From the NCBI RefSeq assembly GCF_009914755.1, contig NC_060947.1: DNA of 64,000 nucleotides. The stretch is one strand, 5' to 3'. The position numbers were made by a program, and so were the translations under genes. Below are positions 1 through 17,289 of this stretch, in pieces. The stretch comes from the human T2T-CHM13v2.0 reference genome, Homo sapiens. Positions within the stretch are counted from its first letter, which is position 1. Every line of letters begins with the position of its first letter. The notes under the pieces are model-generated. The model ran no database searches. It was not told the DNA's origin and saw nothing but the letters and a program-made list of their open reading frames with translations.

Positions 1-84
1 ACTCCTGACCTCAAGTGATCCACCTACCTCAGCCTCCCAAAGTGCTGGGATTACAGGCATGAGCCACTGCACCCAGCTTTATTC

Positions 85-700
85 CTTCGATTTAGCTGTA
101 ACTTTGTAACCAACCTCTCCCTATCCTCCCCTCCCCTCTACCTTTCCCAGCCTCTAATAATCATAATTCTACTCTCTACTTCTATGAGCTCAGGAGTTTT
201 TTTTAGCTCCCACATATAAGTGAGAACATGCAGAACATGCCTGACTTATTTCACTTAACATAATGTCCTCCAGGCTCATCCATCTTGTCATGAATGACAA
301 GATCTCATTCTTTTTTATGGCTGAATAATATTCTGCTGTGTCTGTGTGACATTTTCTCTATCCATTCATCCATTGATGGACACTAAGATAGATTCCATAT
401 CTTAGCTATTGTAAATAGTGCTGCAATAAACATGGGGAGGCAGGTATCTCAATACACTGATTTCCTTTTTGGGGGTATATATCCAGTAGTGAGTGGAATT
501 GCTGGATCATATGGTAGTCCTATTTGTAGTTTTTTTTTTTTTTTTTAAGAAACCTTCATACCATTTTCCATAATGGCTGTACTGATTTACATTCTCATCA
601 ACAATGTACAAGTCCCCTTTTCTCTGCATCCTCCCTAGCATTTTTTTTTTTTTGTCTTTTTGACAATAGCTATTCTAGCTGGGGTATACATTATATTTTT
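85..700 (-). mobile_element. Old L1 (L1MA/L1MB-like) 3' region fragment
   Basis: Typical antisense L1 3' motifs: cccacatataagtgagaacatg, tttatggctgaataatattc, gctggatcatatggtag. Confidence 0.85.
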
Positions 701-1194
701 TTAAATTGAAGCATAAAATGGAAGTGATGGTGTTTTGTGAAAACCAAATGATAAAATAGTTATGAAAGCTGTTGTAACTGAAAGAGGCACCACAAAGTTT
801 CATTATGTTTACCACTGCTAAAATATATAGGAGGCACCCAGTTAATGTTTCTTGAGGAGAATGGAAATGTTTCCTGAGTGATAGGATCCATATATAAACA
901 TGAGAGTTAAGAGTGCCAGAACATCTGACATGTGCCAAATGCGCTGTCCAGATGATAAGTATTTAATGGATTCTCTTAGAGAGCAATCACTGGGCGGGGT
1001 GGTCAGGGCTGCATGGTGGAGGTGAGATTTCAGTTGGGCCCTGATGATGGCGTTGATCTTTGGTGAAGAGGCATGAGGAAGACAATCCAGACAGAGGGAA
1101 GGGCATGCACTAAGGGCACAAAAGCAGGAAGGTATGAATGATCGAGAATGCCAAGTGCAGGAGGGCAGGGCCCTCTGCCTCTGCTCTAGCCTCA

Positions 1195-1873
<679 letters not shown>

Positions 1874-2161
1874 TCACACCCCTTAGGCTGAAGCAGATTT
1901 CGGAGGAGTGCTTTGCATACAGTAGGTCATCAGCTAATACAGGTTGACTGAGAGGAAGTTTGGGGCCTTGAACCTTTTATCCGTGTAGGCAATGGGGAGC
2001 TTCGCACACAAAGTAGGGTGGGTGTTGGACGATGAACACAGATGTGGACAATGGGTTAGACAATCAACACAGATGTGGTGTGAGGTGTGGGTTGAAGTGG
2101 AGGAGGAGGAGACACAGGTATCGCAGTTGTTGCAACAGCAAAGGGATTAGTGACAGGCTAG

Positions 2162-2341
<180 letters not shown>

Positions 2342-2344
2342 TGA

Positions 2345-4123
2345 TGTGTCCGGAATTGGTGGGTTCTTGGTCTCACTGACTTCAAGAATGAAGCCGCAGA
2401 CCCTCGCGGTGAGTGTTACAGCTCTTAAGGTGGCGCGTCTGGAGTCTGTCCCTTCTGATGCTCAGATGTGTTCGAAGTTTTATCCTTCTGGTGGGTTCGT
2501 GGTCTCGCTGGCTCAGGAGTGAAGCTGCAGACTCTCGCGGTGACTGTTACAGCTCTTAAGGCAGCGCGTCTGGAGTTGTTTGCTCCTCCTGGTAGCCTCG
2601 TGGTCTCACTGGGCTCAGGAGTGAAGCTGCAGATCTTTACAGTGAGTGTTACAGCTCATAAAAACAGTGTGCACCCAGAGTAAGCAATAACAGGATTTAT
2701 TGCAAAGAGCGAAAAAACAAACCTTCCACACCATGGAAGGAGACCGGAGCAGGTTGCCAATGCTGGCTGGGCAGCCTGCTTTTATTCTCTTATCTGGCCC
2801 CCACCCACATCCTGCTGATTGGTAGAGCCCAGTGGCCTGTTTTGTCAGGGCACTGATTGGTGCGTTTACAATCCCTGAGCTAGATACAAAGGTTCTCCAG
2901 GTCCCCATCAGATTAGTTAGATACAGAGTTTGGACACACAGGTTCTCCAAGGCCCCACCAGAGCAGCTAGATACAGAGTGTCAATTGGTGCATTCACAAA
3001 CCTTGAGCTAAACACAGGGTGCTGATTGGTGTGTTTACAAACCTTGAGCTAGATACAGAGTGCCGATTGGTGTATTTACAATCCCTGAGCTAGACATAAA
3101 GGTTCTCCAAGGCCCCACCAGAGCAGCTAGCTACAGAGTGTCGATTGGTGCACTCACAAACCTTGAACTAAACACAGAGTGCTGATTGGTGTATTTACAA
3201 TCCCTGAGCTAGACATAAAGATTCTCCACTGTCCCCACCAGAGCAGCTAGATACAGAGTGTTGATTGGTGCACTCACAAACCTTGAGCTAAACACAGGGT
3301 GCTGATTGGTGTATTTACAATCCCTGAGCTAGACATAAAGGTTCTTCAAGGCCCCACCAGAGCAGCTAGATACAGAGTGTGGATTGGTGCACTCACAAAC
3401 CTTGAGCTAAACACAGGGTGCTGATTGGTGTATTTACAATCCCTGAGCGAGACATAAAGACGTCCCCACCAGACTCAGGAGCCCAACTGGTTTCACCTAG
3501 TGGATCCCACACTGGGGCTGCAGGTGGAGCTGCCTGCCAGTCCCGCGCCGTGCGCCCGCAGTCCTCAGCCCTTGGGTGGTCGATGGGACTGGGCGCCGTG
3601 GAGCAGGGGGTGGTGCTCGTTGGGGAGGCTTGGGCCGCACAGGAGCCCATGGAGTGGGTGGGAGGCTCAGGCATGGAGAGCTGCAGGTCCCGAGCCCTGC
3701 CCTACGGGAAGACAGCTAAGGCTCGGTGAGAAATCGAGCGCAGTGCCGGTGGGCCGGCACTGCTGGGGGACCCAGTACACTCTCCGCAGCCACTGGCCCG
3801 GGTGCTAAGTCCCTCATTCCCCAGGGCCGGCAGGGCTGGCCGGCTGCTCCGAGTGCGGGGCCCGCCAAGCCCACGCCCACCCGGAACTCCAGCTGGCCCG
3901 CAAGCGCCTCATGCATCCCCGGTTCCTGCTCGCGCCTCTCCCTCCACACCTCCCTGCAAGCTGAGGGAGCCGGCTCTGCCCTTGGCCAGCCCAGAAAGGG
4001 GCTCCCACAATGCAGTGGTGGGCTGAAGGGCTCCTCAAGTGCCGCCAAAGTGGGAGCCCAGGCAGAGGAGGCGCCGAGAGCGAGCGAGGGCTGTGAGGAC
4101 TGCCAGCACGCTGTCACCTCTCA
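2345..4123 (-). mobile_element. Solo LTR12 (LTR12C-like, ERV9/HERV9 LTR), 1779 bp
   Basis: Minus strand begins TGAGAGGTGACAGCGTGCTGGCAGTCC and ends CACCAATTCCGGACACA. It has a CpG-rich 5' U3, a CCAAT repeat array and U5 tandem repeats. 4-bp TSD ttga/ctga. Confidence 0.95.
2781..3470 (-). promoter_or_regulatory. LTR12 U3 enhancer/promoter: array of about 40-bp units (120-bp higher-order period) with 11 CCAAT boxes and an AATAAA TATA-like box
   Basis: ATTGG occurs 11 times between about 2818 and 3428. ccccaccagagcagctag recurs at about 2953, 3113, 3233 and 3352. tttatt at 2781-2786. ERV9 LTRs are established NF-Y-driven promoters. Confidence 0.8.
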
Positions 4124-4631
4124 CTGAGTAGCTGGGATTCGATTACAGGTGCGTGCCACCACACCCGGCTAATTTTTGTATTTTTAGTACAGATGGGGTT
4201 TCACCATGTTGGTCAGGCAGGTCTGGTACTGCTGACCTCGTGACCCACCCGCCTCGGCCTCCCAAAGTGCTGGGATTACAGGCGTGAGCCACCGTACCCG
4301 GCCAGAACTTATTTTTGAAAGGAAACTGGAGAGATGACTGCAAATTAGAAAAGAGAAATAGGTATTAACTCAGAAAGATGCAGAGACCTGCTACGTGTGT
4401 TTTACTGCCAAAAAGCACAGAGCTGAGCCTGTCTACCACCTCCTGTCAAAGTGTAAAATAACCCGGAAGACTCACAGGGGGTTCTGCTGGCCCTGGTCAG
4501 TGAAAGTTGGAATGGCCAGTTCCCAGACGCTGCAAATTTTTTGGGCAATAACATTTTCCCAGGAATTTTAGAGACTGCCGGATTTTTTTTTTTTTTCCTT
4601 CTCTTCCTTCAAATTGTCAGGACAGCACCGT

Positions 4632-4645
4632 CCACAAGGGGGCAG
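4632..4645 (+). promoter_or_regulatory. Candidate CTCF motif CCACAAGGGGGCAG
   Basis: One mismatch to CCASYAGRKGGCRS, in non-repeat sequence; motif match only. Confidence 0.45.
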
Positions 4646-4669
4646 ATTATATCTGGCAAAGTCCAATTA

Positions 4670-4975
<306 letters not shown>

Positions 4976-5479
4976 CTAGCCTGGGCGTCGCAGCGAGACT
5001 CCATCTCAGAAAAATAAAAAATAAAGGCAATCTCCCCTCATAGGTGCTTCAGCTATCTGAACAAGCACAAAGAGGATATCAATGCCATCCATTTCCCCTG
5101 CCCTATTAGCAAGAGCTGCAACGTCAGAGGTGTGCGTGTTGCCATATGGCAATGAGGCGAGCTCTGGGAAGCCAAAGAGCCCTTACCCGACTACAGGGGA
5201 CATTGGTTATTGGCCAAACTTGACACTTCCTCCTGCTTCTAGCTCCTGGACACCTCACCATTTTCATCTCCCTAACAGGGCCAGGAAACAGCAGAGTGTG
5301 AGGCCCAGTGGGCCTGATGGTGCTAGGAAGACCCCTGCAAACTGAGATCAGTTGGGCAAGTGCCCACTGCAAGCTGAGCCCAGGATTGGGTGTGGGGAGG
5401 TGGAAATCCAGGAGAAATCAAAGACTCCTTCACCAAACCCAATCTGATGGAAGAGAAAAGGCAAGCCCACATTGGTTCA

Positions 5480-5720
5480 GAGATCACAGAGACCTGGGTT
5501 CAGATCTCGATCCCATCACTTCTTAGCACTATGTCATAAGTCAGGCTGCTGAACTTCCTGAACCTCAGTTACCTCATCTGTAAAATGGGGAGGGCAAAAA
5601 CAGTATCCACCTCACAGGGTGGTTGTGGGGTTTCAGTGAGATATTGCATAAATGAGATAGAGCCTGGCTCACAGGTAGTGCTCAGTAAATGGTAGCTGGA
5701 ATCCATGTTATTGTTCCAGT
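5480..5720. mobile_element. MIR (others at about 7340-7610, 10420-10870, 27250-27520, 53010-53300 and 61790-62380)
   Basis: MIR core cctcagttacctcatctgtaaaatggg. Confidence 0.8.
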
Positions 5721-6061
5721 AACAATAAAGCAATGTGGTACCATTGACTATACTGAGTACAGAAAAACCTTGGAAGACACAAGTGGCAGGTGAGTAGAAA
5801 GTGGGTTTTTCCCTGACTGATTGAAGGTGAAGGGGCAGGAGGTGTGAGAACGGAGCAGGGAGGGCATTCCAGAAAGAGGGAAAGACAGGATGTCTTCAGG
5901 GCTGGTCCCATGGGTCTGCATCGGCAAGGATGGAGGCTGCTGTGATGGGGCTGAGTGGTTTCAGGCCCAGCCCAGCCAGGTACAGGCAGCTGCTCAGCTC
6001 CCCGACTGTGCATTAAGAAGTCAGTGAAAAAGTCATATGAGGGGCTGGGTGCGGTGGCTCA

Positions 6062-6433
<372 letters not shown>

Positions 6434-8699
6434 CTATGACAGCAAGCTAAGGAAGATGAGGCCCAATCTCCCTCTGCAGGTGCAGAGAAGCCAATAATAT
6501 GGGATAAGCGACTCTGGAAGTTTCTTTCTTCTGGGCCTGAACATATGTCTAGAATTCCAAGAACATGACCCAATGGGACCCAGAAGCCAGCCCACAAAAC
6601 CCTCAGCTATCAACTACAAAATGCTCATCCCGGGCATTTGTCCCCCCACCACCCCCAAACTCCCCACCCCAGGGACAGTAAACTGGAAGGCTATTCTTGA
6701 CATTTCTGATCTCAGGGCCCGGTCTAAGGTTTTCATTTCCATGCTGGGTTTTGTTTTTTTGTTTGTTTGTTTGTTTAGACAGAGTCTTGCTCTGTCACCC
6801 AGGCCAGAGTGCAGTGGCGCTATCTCAGCTCACTACAACCTCAACCTCCCGGGTTCAAGCGATTCTCCTGCTCCCAAGTAGCTGGGACTACAGGCACACA
6901 CAACCATACCCAGCTACATTTTTGTATTTTTAGTAGAGACAGGGTTTTGCCATGTTGGCCAGGCTGGTCTCGAACTCCTGACCTCAAGTGATCTGCCCAC
7001 CTCAGCCTCCCAAAGTGTTGGGATTACAGGTGTGTGCCACCGCACCTGGCCCATCCTGGTTCTATAAGTTTAACTTCCCCCGTGAGTAGATCTTTTTAGG
7101 GCGCTGACAGAGCCAGCAGAGCTGGGCTCATTTCCTGTTTGCCCAGATGCTAAGCTTCCATATAACCCTTGGTTACACAGGCCCTTGGAAGGAAGCCTTG
7201 GCCTAAATAGCCCCAAACAAGTGATAATAGAAAAGCCTTTTATATTTAGCTTTTGGATATTGTAAGTGATTTTTGGCAGCATATTTCTCTTCCTAAATAG
7301 AGCTGGATTGGGCTAATTAAAATTAACTTTATGGGATGCAGAATAGGAGAGTGGTTAAGAGCCTTTATAGACCAGTGGTATGGGCGCTCAGCCACACAGT
7401 CTGGTTTTCAGTCCAATCACCACCATTTGCTAGCTGTTTATCTCCCTGAGTTTCTTCATCTGCAAAACACAGATATAGCCAGAATACCTTTCTCATTGGG
7501 TATCTGTGAGGATTGCATGAAGACTAATACATATAACACAGCCTGATGTCTGGCCCCTGGAAGCATTCAATAAAGGGTGGCAGTCATAGTTATCATGACA
7601 TTATTTCCCTAGTAGACCCACTGGGCTTTGGATAAAGGAAGTCTAAAGGTAGCCTGGGGGAGGGGTATATGAGGGAAAATCAGGCCAGGATTAAAAACTG
7701 TCAGCATAGGCCCGGCACGGTAGCTCTCATCTGTAATCGTACCACTTTGGGAGGCAGAGGCAGGTGGATCACTTGAGGTCAGCAGTTTGAGACTAGCCTG
7801 GCCAACATGGCAAAACCCTGTCTCTACTAAAAAATACACAAATTAGCCAAATGTTGTGGCAGGTGCCTGTAGTCCCAGCTACTTGGGAGGCTGAGGCAGA
7901 AGAATTGTTTGAACCCGGGAGGCAAAGGTTGCCGTGAGCCAAGATCGTGCCTGGGTGACAGAGTGAGACTCTGTCTCGCAATAAATAAATAAATACATAC
8001 ATAATAATAATAAATTGTCAGCCTATAATCCAGAAAAAAACAATCCACCTGTGGATAATCGAGTTATCCACTTCTTATTCTTTTTTTTTTTTTTTTTGAA
8101 ACAGGGTCTCACTGTTGCCCAGGCTAGAGTGCAGTGGTGTGATCAGAGCTCACTGCGGTGTTGAACTCCTGGCCTCAAGTGATCCTCCTGCCTCAGTTTC
8201 CCAAAGTGTTGGGATTACAGGAGTGAGCCACCACTCAACGGCCAGAACGTGATTTCTTGACCCTTTTTCTCAGGATTGTGCTAGCTCCTCAGCAGGTTTA
8301 GGCTAGAGTGAGCAGGTGGCATTGCCCCAAGACCAGTTGGATGCAGAGTCTGTCAGGAATCACTTCTCTATGCAAGGGAGTAGGTCTGGCTAGGCACAGG
8401 TATGTGCTTGCAAGGTAAATAGTTGTTACTGACACAGTCACCTTTGTCTGTGAGGGGAGGAGGAGGCCAATGCCTATGGAAGGACAAAACTCCTTCAGCC
8501 TTAGGCAGGTCTTACCTGCCCCTGCATTCTTGTCAGGTTATATATTGCTCTTGTGATGTGTTTGGAAAAAGACAAGAAAACACACTTTTTTTTTTTTCTT
8601 CTAGCCAGGACCTCTGGCTAGAGGTAGAGGGACTTCTTAGACGTCACTATCATGGCTGAAGCCTCAATTCTGTCCTAAGCCAGGAAACCAAATTGGTAA

Positions 8700-8981
<282 letters not shown>

Positions 8982-9600
8982 TGAGCCATCATGCCTGGGC
9001 TAGTAAATTCAGTCTTTATATCATGGTTCCTCCATTGTTGTCAATAACTCTAGCACTGTGAACATGCTTTTGTGAGCTGATGCTGCTATTTACTTCTCTA
9101 TTTACACATTTACGTATTTGTGTCTCCCTGATACCACATTTATCTTTTGAATGGGTAATATATTGGTAATATATCCTCGGATACCAAATTGACAAGGTAT
9201 AAAGGGTTTACAGTAACAAGTTAGTTTCCCTCCCACCCCTGTTCCCTCGCCACCCACAGGTAATCTCCATGACCACATTCTGGTGTTACCTTCCAGAGAT
9301 AAGCTATGCCTATCCAGGCATCTATTATTTTAGGTGGTAGCATTCTTACTCATATTTGTATCCCAGTGCGTAGAGGAGTGCCAAACAAAAGTATGCTGTC
9401 AAAAAAAGCTTGTTGGTTGCATGTTTGTTGCTCCAGATTTGTTGCCCTCATCCCAGCCATGGGTGCCTGAACTCTCTAGTTGAAATTTTCATGAGCTTAT
9501 CAAAATTTTACCTGGGGCCAAGCGCGGTGGCTCATGCCTCTAATCCCAGCACTTTGGGAGGCCGAGGCAGGCGGATCACGAGGTCAGGAGTTCGAGACTA

Positions 9601-9921
<321 letters not shown>

Positions 9922-10226
9922 TTATTCTCCTTCACAATAGAACTCTAAAGAGCACCCTGATGCATGAATTTTCTTCCCTGCTCTGTTCAGTGTAAAACAG
10001 AAGCTTAGCCCCAGCTCCTCTTTGTTAGGTGACTGTTCCCTGAGGCAAGGGTTAAAGAGACTTTGATGCTGCTCATCTTAGGGGAGTCTCTAAGCATACT
10101 CATCTCAGAATTCTGGCTCAGGAAATAAAATGCAGGAGTTTCCACTGCAGTATTCCTCAGTCCTTGACAGAGCTGGGTTTTCCAGAAGCATCCAGACAGC
10201 AGTGCCACCTTCATATTCTCTCATAT

Positions 10227-10271
<45 letters not shown>

Positions 10272-10499
10272 TTTTTTTTCTCCCTGATGTGGCTAGGGGA
10301 CAGGCTGGACTCCTGCACTTGATCCATATAAAAGAACCTAAGGAAGAAAGAAAAAGGGAGGAGTAAGAGGGCCACTCCCTGTCCTGTTCTATGATCACGA
10401 GGCTTGTAAACTCAAGGAGGCAGCAGGGCAGAGTGCCGAAGCAAACAGAGGCTGCCTGGGCTGGAATCCTGACTCTGCCATTTATCGCCTGTGTGACTT

Positions 10500-10701
10500 T
10501 GAAACCACCTTTGCAAAATTATAACTGAGGAAGTTATGATAGTGAAAGAAAACAGACCTAACCGATTCCATCTTGCTTCTAACCTTTAAGCTGTCCTTGT
10601 TCATTCCTGGGCATAGGCCGAACTCTCCATTGCAATTCCCCTGTCTTGATAAATCGTCTCTATCTAGGCAGTGAGCAAGGTGAACCCACTGGGTGGTTAC
10701 A
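10500..10701 (+). mobile_element. Internally deleted LTR8-like solo LTR inserted in a MIR
   Basis: Starts TGAAACCACCTTTGCAAAATT and ends GGGTGGTTACA; perfect 4-bp TSD actt (10496-10499 and 10702-10705). MIR sequence continues on both sides. Confidence 0.85.
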
Positions 10702-12264
10702 ACTTTGGACAAGTTATTTAACCTCTGTCTGCTTCCATTTCTTCCACCGTAAAATGGGGATAACTGTACCTACTTTAAAAGACTTGTTATGAGGATTCAG
10801 TGAGTTAACAGATTGCAATGCATTTAGAACGGTGCCTGGGCATGTGGTAAGTGCAATATACATGCTATTTATTTATTTATTGTTTTTATTTTATTTTATT
10901 TTTGAGACGGAGTCTCACTCTGTGGCCCAGGGTGGAGTGCAATGGCGCGATCTCGGCTCACTGCAACCTCTACCTCCTGGGTTCAAGCAATTCTCCTGCC
11001 TCACCCCCCAAGTAGCTGGGACTACAGGTGCCCACCACCATGCCCAGCTAATTTTTGCATTTTTAGTAGGCACAGGGTTTCACCATGTTGGCCAAGCTGA
11101 CCTCAAACTCCTGACCTCAGGTGATCTACCTGTCTTGGCCCCCTAAATTGCTGGGATTACAGGCGTGAGCCACTGCACCCCGCCTATACATGCTTTTTAA
11201 ACAAAAAGAAAAACGTCCATGTCAGTGGTTCCCGTGTTCGATGCATGTCCCTCTATTCCCTGGCTGTAAGTTTCAAGGTTTTCACTTACCGATCTTGGGC
11301 CCTTTGGTGCATTTTTTTTCCTATTGGGAAAAAGCTAAATGTTGTGTTGTATGGTGCATTTCTTACACAGAAAGGAAAAACTAAAAAATAGCCTGTATCT
11401 AGGCTAAAATTCCTGTATAGAGGCAAGATTGTGTCATCTAAAGTTCTTACTACATTGACTTTTTCCTGATGCTGTTCTTGGGGCCCCCACTCTGCCTCTA
11501 GAGGGCTGGTAAGAGTCCACAGGAGAGCTTCCCAAGCCAGTGCCTTTTAGGAAGAGTTGCTGTGGCTACTGAGCTGATCAAAGGTCTCAGCCTCCACAAA
11601 GAAGCATGTGCTGCTGTGGCAATGGGCCTGAGGGTACGGGGGCCCCAGGGTTGCAGGGCAAGACAACAATCCGGAATCCAGCTGTTGTCTCGGCCATCAT
11701 CTGAGGTCATCCTGCCAGATTGGCAGGCTGTGCCCTAGACCACAGAGGTAGCCCCTGCTCTTCAAAGGGCTGGATTGTCAGCCCAGCCCCTCCTAGGCCT
11801 TCTCTTCAGGCTTCTTCTTTCTACATTATCCCAACACAAACAGCTTGACTTCCAAGTGACATTGCACCAGAAAGACTTCCAAAGTCAGCTCACCTATCCT
11901 AGGGATCTAGCCCGGCCAGGGGCTCCTATGAGGGATTCCATAGGAGGAGTCAGAGACTGTCATCTAGGAAGGCTTCAGAGCTTCAGGATAGGTCCTGGGC
12001 AACCCTTGATCGCCCTCAGAGACTCACTCAGGTTTTGGCGTCCCTCAGTTACAGAAACCCTCATGACCCTAATCACATTGCAACTGCATTTCCTTCCTGT
12101 GCCTCGGGCTCAGTCAGGGTTGGGCCCAGGTGTGCCAGAACAGCAGGCGTTCAAAAAGCACATCGCTTGCTTCTCAGATCTTGCTCACAAACAGTTTTGT
12201 GCAGTTCTATGGAAAGGAAAAAAAAAAGTGTACCCTTAACAACCAATATACACATACAGACTCA

Positions 12265-13270
12265 TTCAGTAAACATTTGTTGAGTGTCTGTTATGAACAA
12301 GGTCCTGTACCAAGTACCAAGGAGAGGGGAAGAGGATGCAAAGTTGACTTAAGCGTAGTCCTTTCCCTTAAGGACTTTGTCCTCTGCCAGAGAAGCCAGT
12401 CACACATATATAAATGGAATTAGTTTATTAGTTTAATAAAGTGGAATTAAAACAAGCTGTAACATAAGACCAAACTATTTATTGACTTGACATTTGCTGA
12501 ACAGATATTGTGGGCCAGGCACTGTACTAGGAGCAAGGGATACACAGCAGAGAAGAAGAGAGAAAAAATCCTACCCTTATGGAGCTTATATCCCAGTGAA
12601 GGAGGCAGAGAAGTAAGAATTACAATATAGTGTGACAAGAGTGTTAAGAGGGGTCAGCAGACTGAGATTTGGGAGCAAAGAAGGAAGAATGTTTAACTAA
12701 CTGACATTTGGGGAATCTGGAAACACTTCCGAGAGAAAGCTCCATCTCGGCTGGGCGCGGTGGCTCACACCTGTAATCCCAGCACTTTGGGAAGCCGAAG
12801 TGGGCAGATCACTTGAGGCCAGGAGTTCGAGACCAGCCTGGGCAACATGGCAAAACCCTGTCTCTACTAAAAATACAGAAATTAGCTGGGTGTGGTGGCA
12901 CACACCTGTAATCCCAGCTACTCGGGGAGCTGAGGCAGGAGAATTCCTTGAACCAAGGAAGCAGAGGTGGCAGTGAGTCAAGATCTCACTACTGCACTCC
13001 AGCCTGGTTGACAGAGCAAGATTGTGTCTCAAGAAAAAAAGGAAGTGCCATCTCAACCACAGCTGCCATGTGGCATGGCTACAGTGTGAATGTTGTGCAT
13101 TACCAATTGTAACAGCCCAGGCTGAAGGATAAATAGGAGTTAGCCAATAGTACTTAGCAGGTGTGGAGAACCAAAAGTGGTTCAAAATGGCTAGAGTGCA
13201 AGGGCCATCTGGCAAATGTGGATGGAGGGAGCATGAGAGTTGGAAACACATCATTTTGCAAATATCATTA
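12265..13270. mobile_element. L2 3'-end fragments
   Basis: cattcagtaaacatttgttgagtg; gccaggcactgtactagg; cctacccttatggagcttata. Confidence 0.65.
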
Positions 13271-13584
13271 TAAAGATTGGATGGGCCAGATGTGGTGGCT
13301 CACGCCTGTAATCCCAACCCTTTAGGAAGCTTAGGTGGGAGGATCACTTGAGGCCAGGGGTTCAAGACCAGCCTGGGCAACACAGCGAGACCCTGTCTCT
13401 ACAAAAAATTAAGAAGATAAGCTGGGCACGGTGGTGCAAGCCTATAGTCTTAGCTACTCAGGAGGCTGAGGTGGGAAGATCACTTGAGACCAGGAGTTTG
13501 AGGCTCCAGTGAGCTATGATCGTGCCACTGCACTCCATCCTGGGGTACAGAATGAGACCCTGTCTCAAAAAGAAAAAAATATCG

Positions 13585-14572
<988 letters not shown>

Positions 14573-15323
14573 TCAAGTACAGGAGCTACTCTAGGGTCAG
14601 GTATTGCATTTAGCTTTTTTAAAAATCTGGAACAGGATATCTCTATTCTTAGGAAATATACACTGAAGTGTAGAGGTAAAGGACCATGATATATACAACT
14701 TATTCTCAAATGGTTCAGAAAAAGTGTGTGTGTTTATAGTATGCATATAAAATGTATATACATAATGTGTATATATTATGTGTATGTGTATATGTGTATA
14801 TATAGTGTGTATGTATAAAATGTATATACATAATGTGTGTGTGTATCTGTATGGAGAGAGAAAGAGCGAGAAAGAGAGAGAGAACCCAAATGATAAAGGA
14901 AATGAGATAAAATGTTAAAAGCAGATGAATCTGGGTAAAGATTATACAAGTGTTCCTCGTGCTCTTTTTATTTTTGCACATTTTGTAAATTTGAATTTTT
15001 TTTTATTTTTATTTTTTTGATGGAGTTTCACTCTGTTGCCCAGGCTGGAGTGCAGAGGTACAATCTTAGCTCACTGCAACCTCCGCCTCTCAGGTTCAAG
15101 TGATCCTCCTGCCGGCATCTTTTTTTTTTTTTTTTTTTTGGCATTTTTGGTAGAGACAGGGTTTTGCCATGTCAGCCAGGCTGGCCTTGAACTACTGAGC
15201 TCAGGCAATCCACCCACCTCGGCCTCCCAAAGTGCTGGGATTACAGACGTGAACCACCGCGCCCAGCCTGAAATTACTTCCAAATAAAGAGTTTTTTAAG
15301 TATAGGACAGGAGCGGTGGCTCA

Positions 15324-15980
<657 letters not shown>

Positions 15981-16943
15981 TCAAGTTTCAGTGAGCCATG
16001 ATCACGCCACTGCACTCCAGCCTGGGCAACAGAGCAAGACCCTGTCTCCAAAAAGCAAACACAGGACAAAAAACGAAAAGGGTGTAGGGGAAGGGGTTGA
16101 CCTTGGAGGAAGTACCAGGATAGAGAAAAGATGGGCATTTTGCAGGCTGAGTAGAAGGATGCATGGTGGTCATCTTCTTAGCTCTGGTTATGTTTGAGCG
16201 ACACATCATAGTACAGATACAAAGATGAATGAGGCACGGTGGGCTCTTCTCAAGAAGTCTGGTGGTGTCACATCCTGGAGAACTGGTTGCGGCAGTGTCC
16301 TGGAGATGTCAGAGGCGGCCACAGAAGGGCACGGGCTTCAATGTCACCTTGCAGGACTGGAGAGGGGTTGGTGCAAGCTATATCTTATAGGGGGCTGTCT
16401 CTCCAGCTGGCCTAGAGGATGGGGGTTAAGAAGAGACTTGAGTTTTGTAAGAGAAAAAGCCTCCCTCAGACTCTGAAGACGATCAGGATCCGCCCACCCA
16501 GAGGAAGAAATGCGTGGCTCTGTCAACTTTTCAGGTCATAGGTCTTGAGTGGGAGAATGGGAGCCCTTTTTCAACCCCACCCCCAAATTTCCTCTTGCCA
16601 GTTTCTTTCTCCCTCCTGGAAGGAAGCCTGGACACCACATTCTGGGAGATCATAACTCTCCCCCTGAGAGCTATTTGCTGGCTCTCCCCACAGAAAGACC
16701 TTGGGAGGGAAGCACAGTCACCTGTCATGGCAGGAGCTGGCAAGCTGAGACCTCTCCCTTCCACTGGCCCTGCCTTCTTCAGGGCCAGGCTTCCTCATGG
16801 GCTGTCCCTTCAGAACCCAGCCCACACCATTTCAGGAAGCCACTCCCCACAAATCCCCTCTGGTCCTATGGACATGCGCATTACCCTTCTCTGGGCCTTC
16901 CCCTGACTTCCTCATTGGTGTCAATTTTTTTTTTTTTTTTTGA

Positions 16944-17048
<105 letters not shown>

Positions 17049-17091
17049 TGAGTAGCTGGGATTACAGGCATGTGCCACAATGCCCAGCTAA

Positions 17092-17271
<180 letters not shown>

Positions 17272-17289
17272 TAGGGTGAATCAGATAAC

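Noticed and set aside
2813-3470. Regularly spaced repeats resembling a CRISPR-like array
   Set aside because: They are the known ERV9/LTR12 enhancer repeats; the spacers are themselves repeated and the DNA is eukaryotic.
3393-4127. Overlapping GC-rich ORFs and an apparent CpG island
   Set aside because: Entirely within LTR12 U3; GC content explains the lack of stop codons.
11775-12239. 154-aa non-Alu ORF (also 26478-26924, 28891-29301 and 16514-16906)
   Set aside because: Non-ATG starts, no recognisable domain and no supporting splice or promoter context; lengths are within chance expectation.
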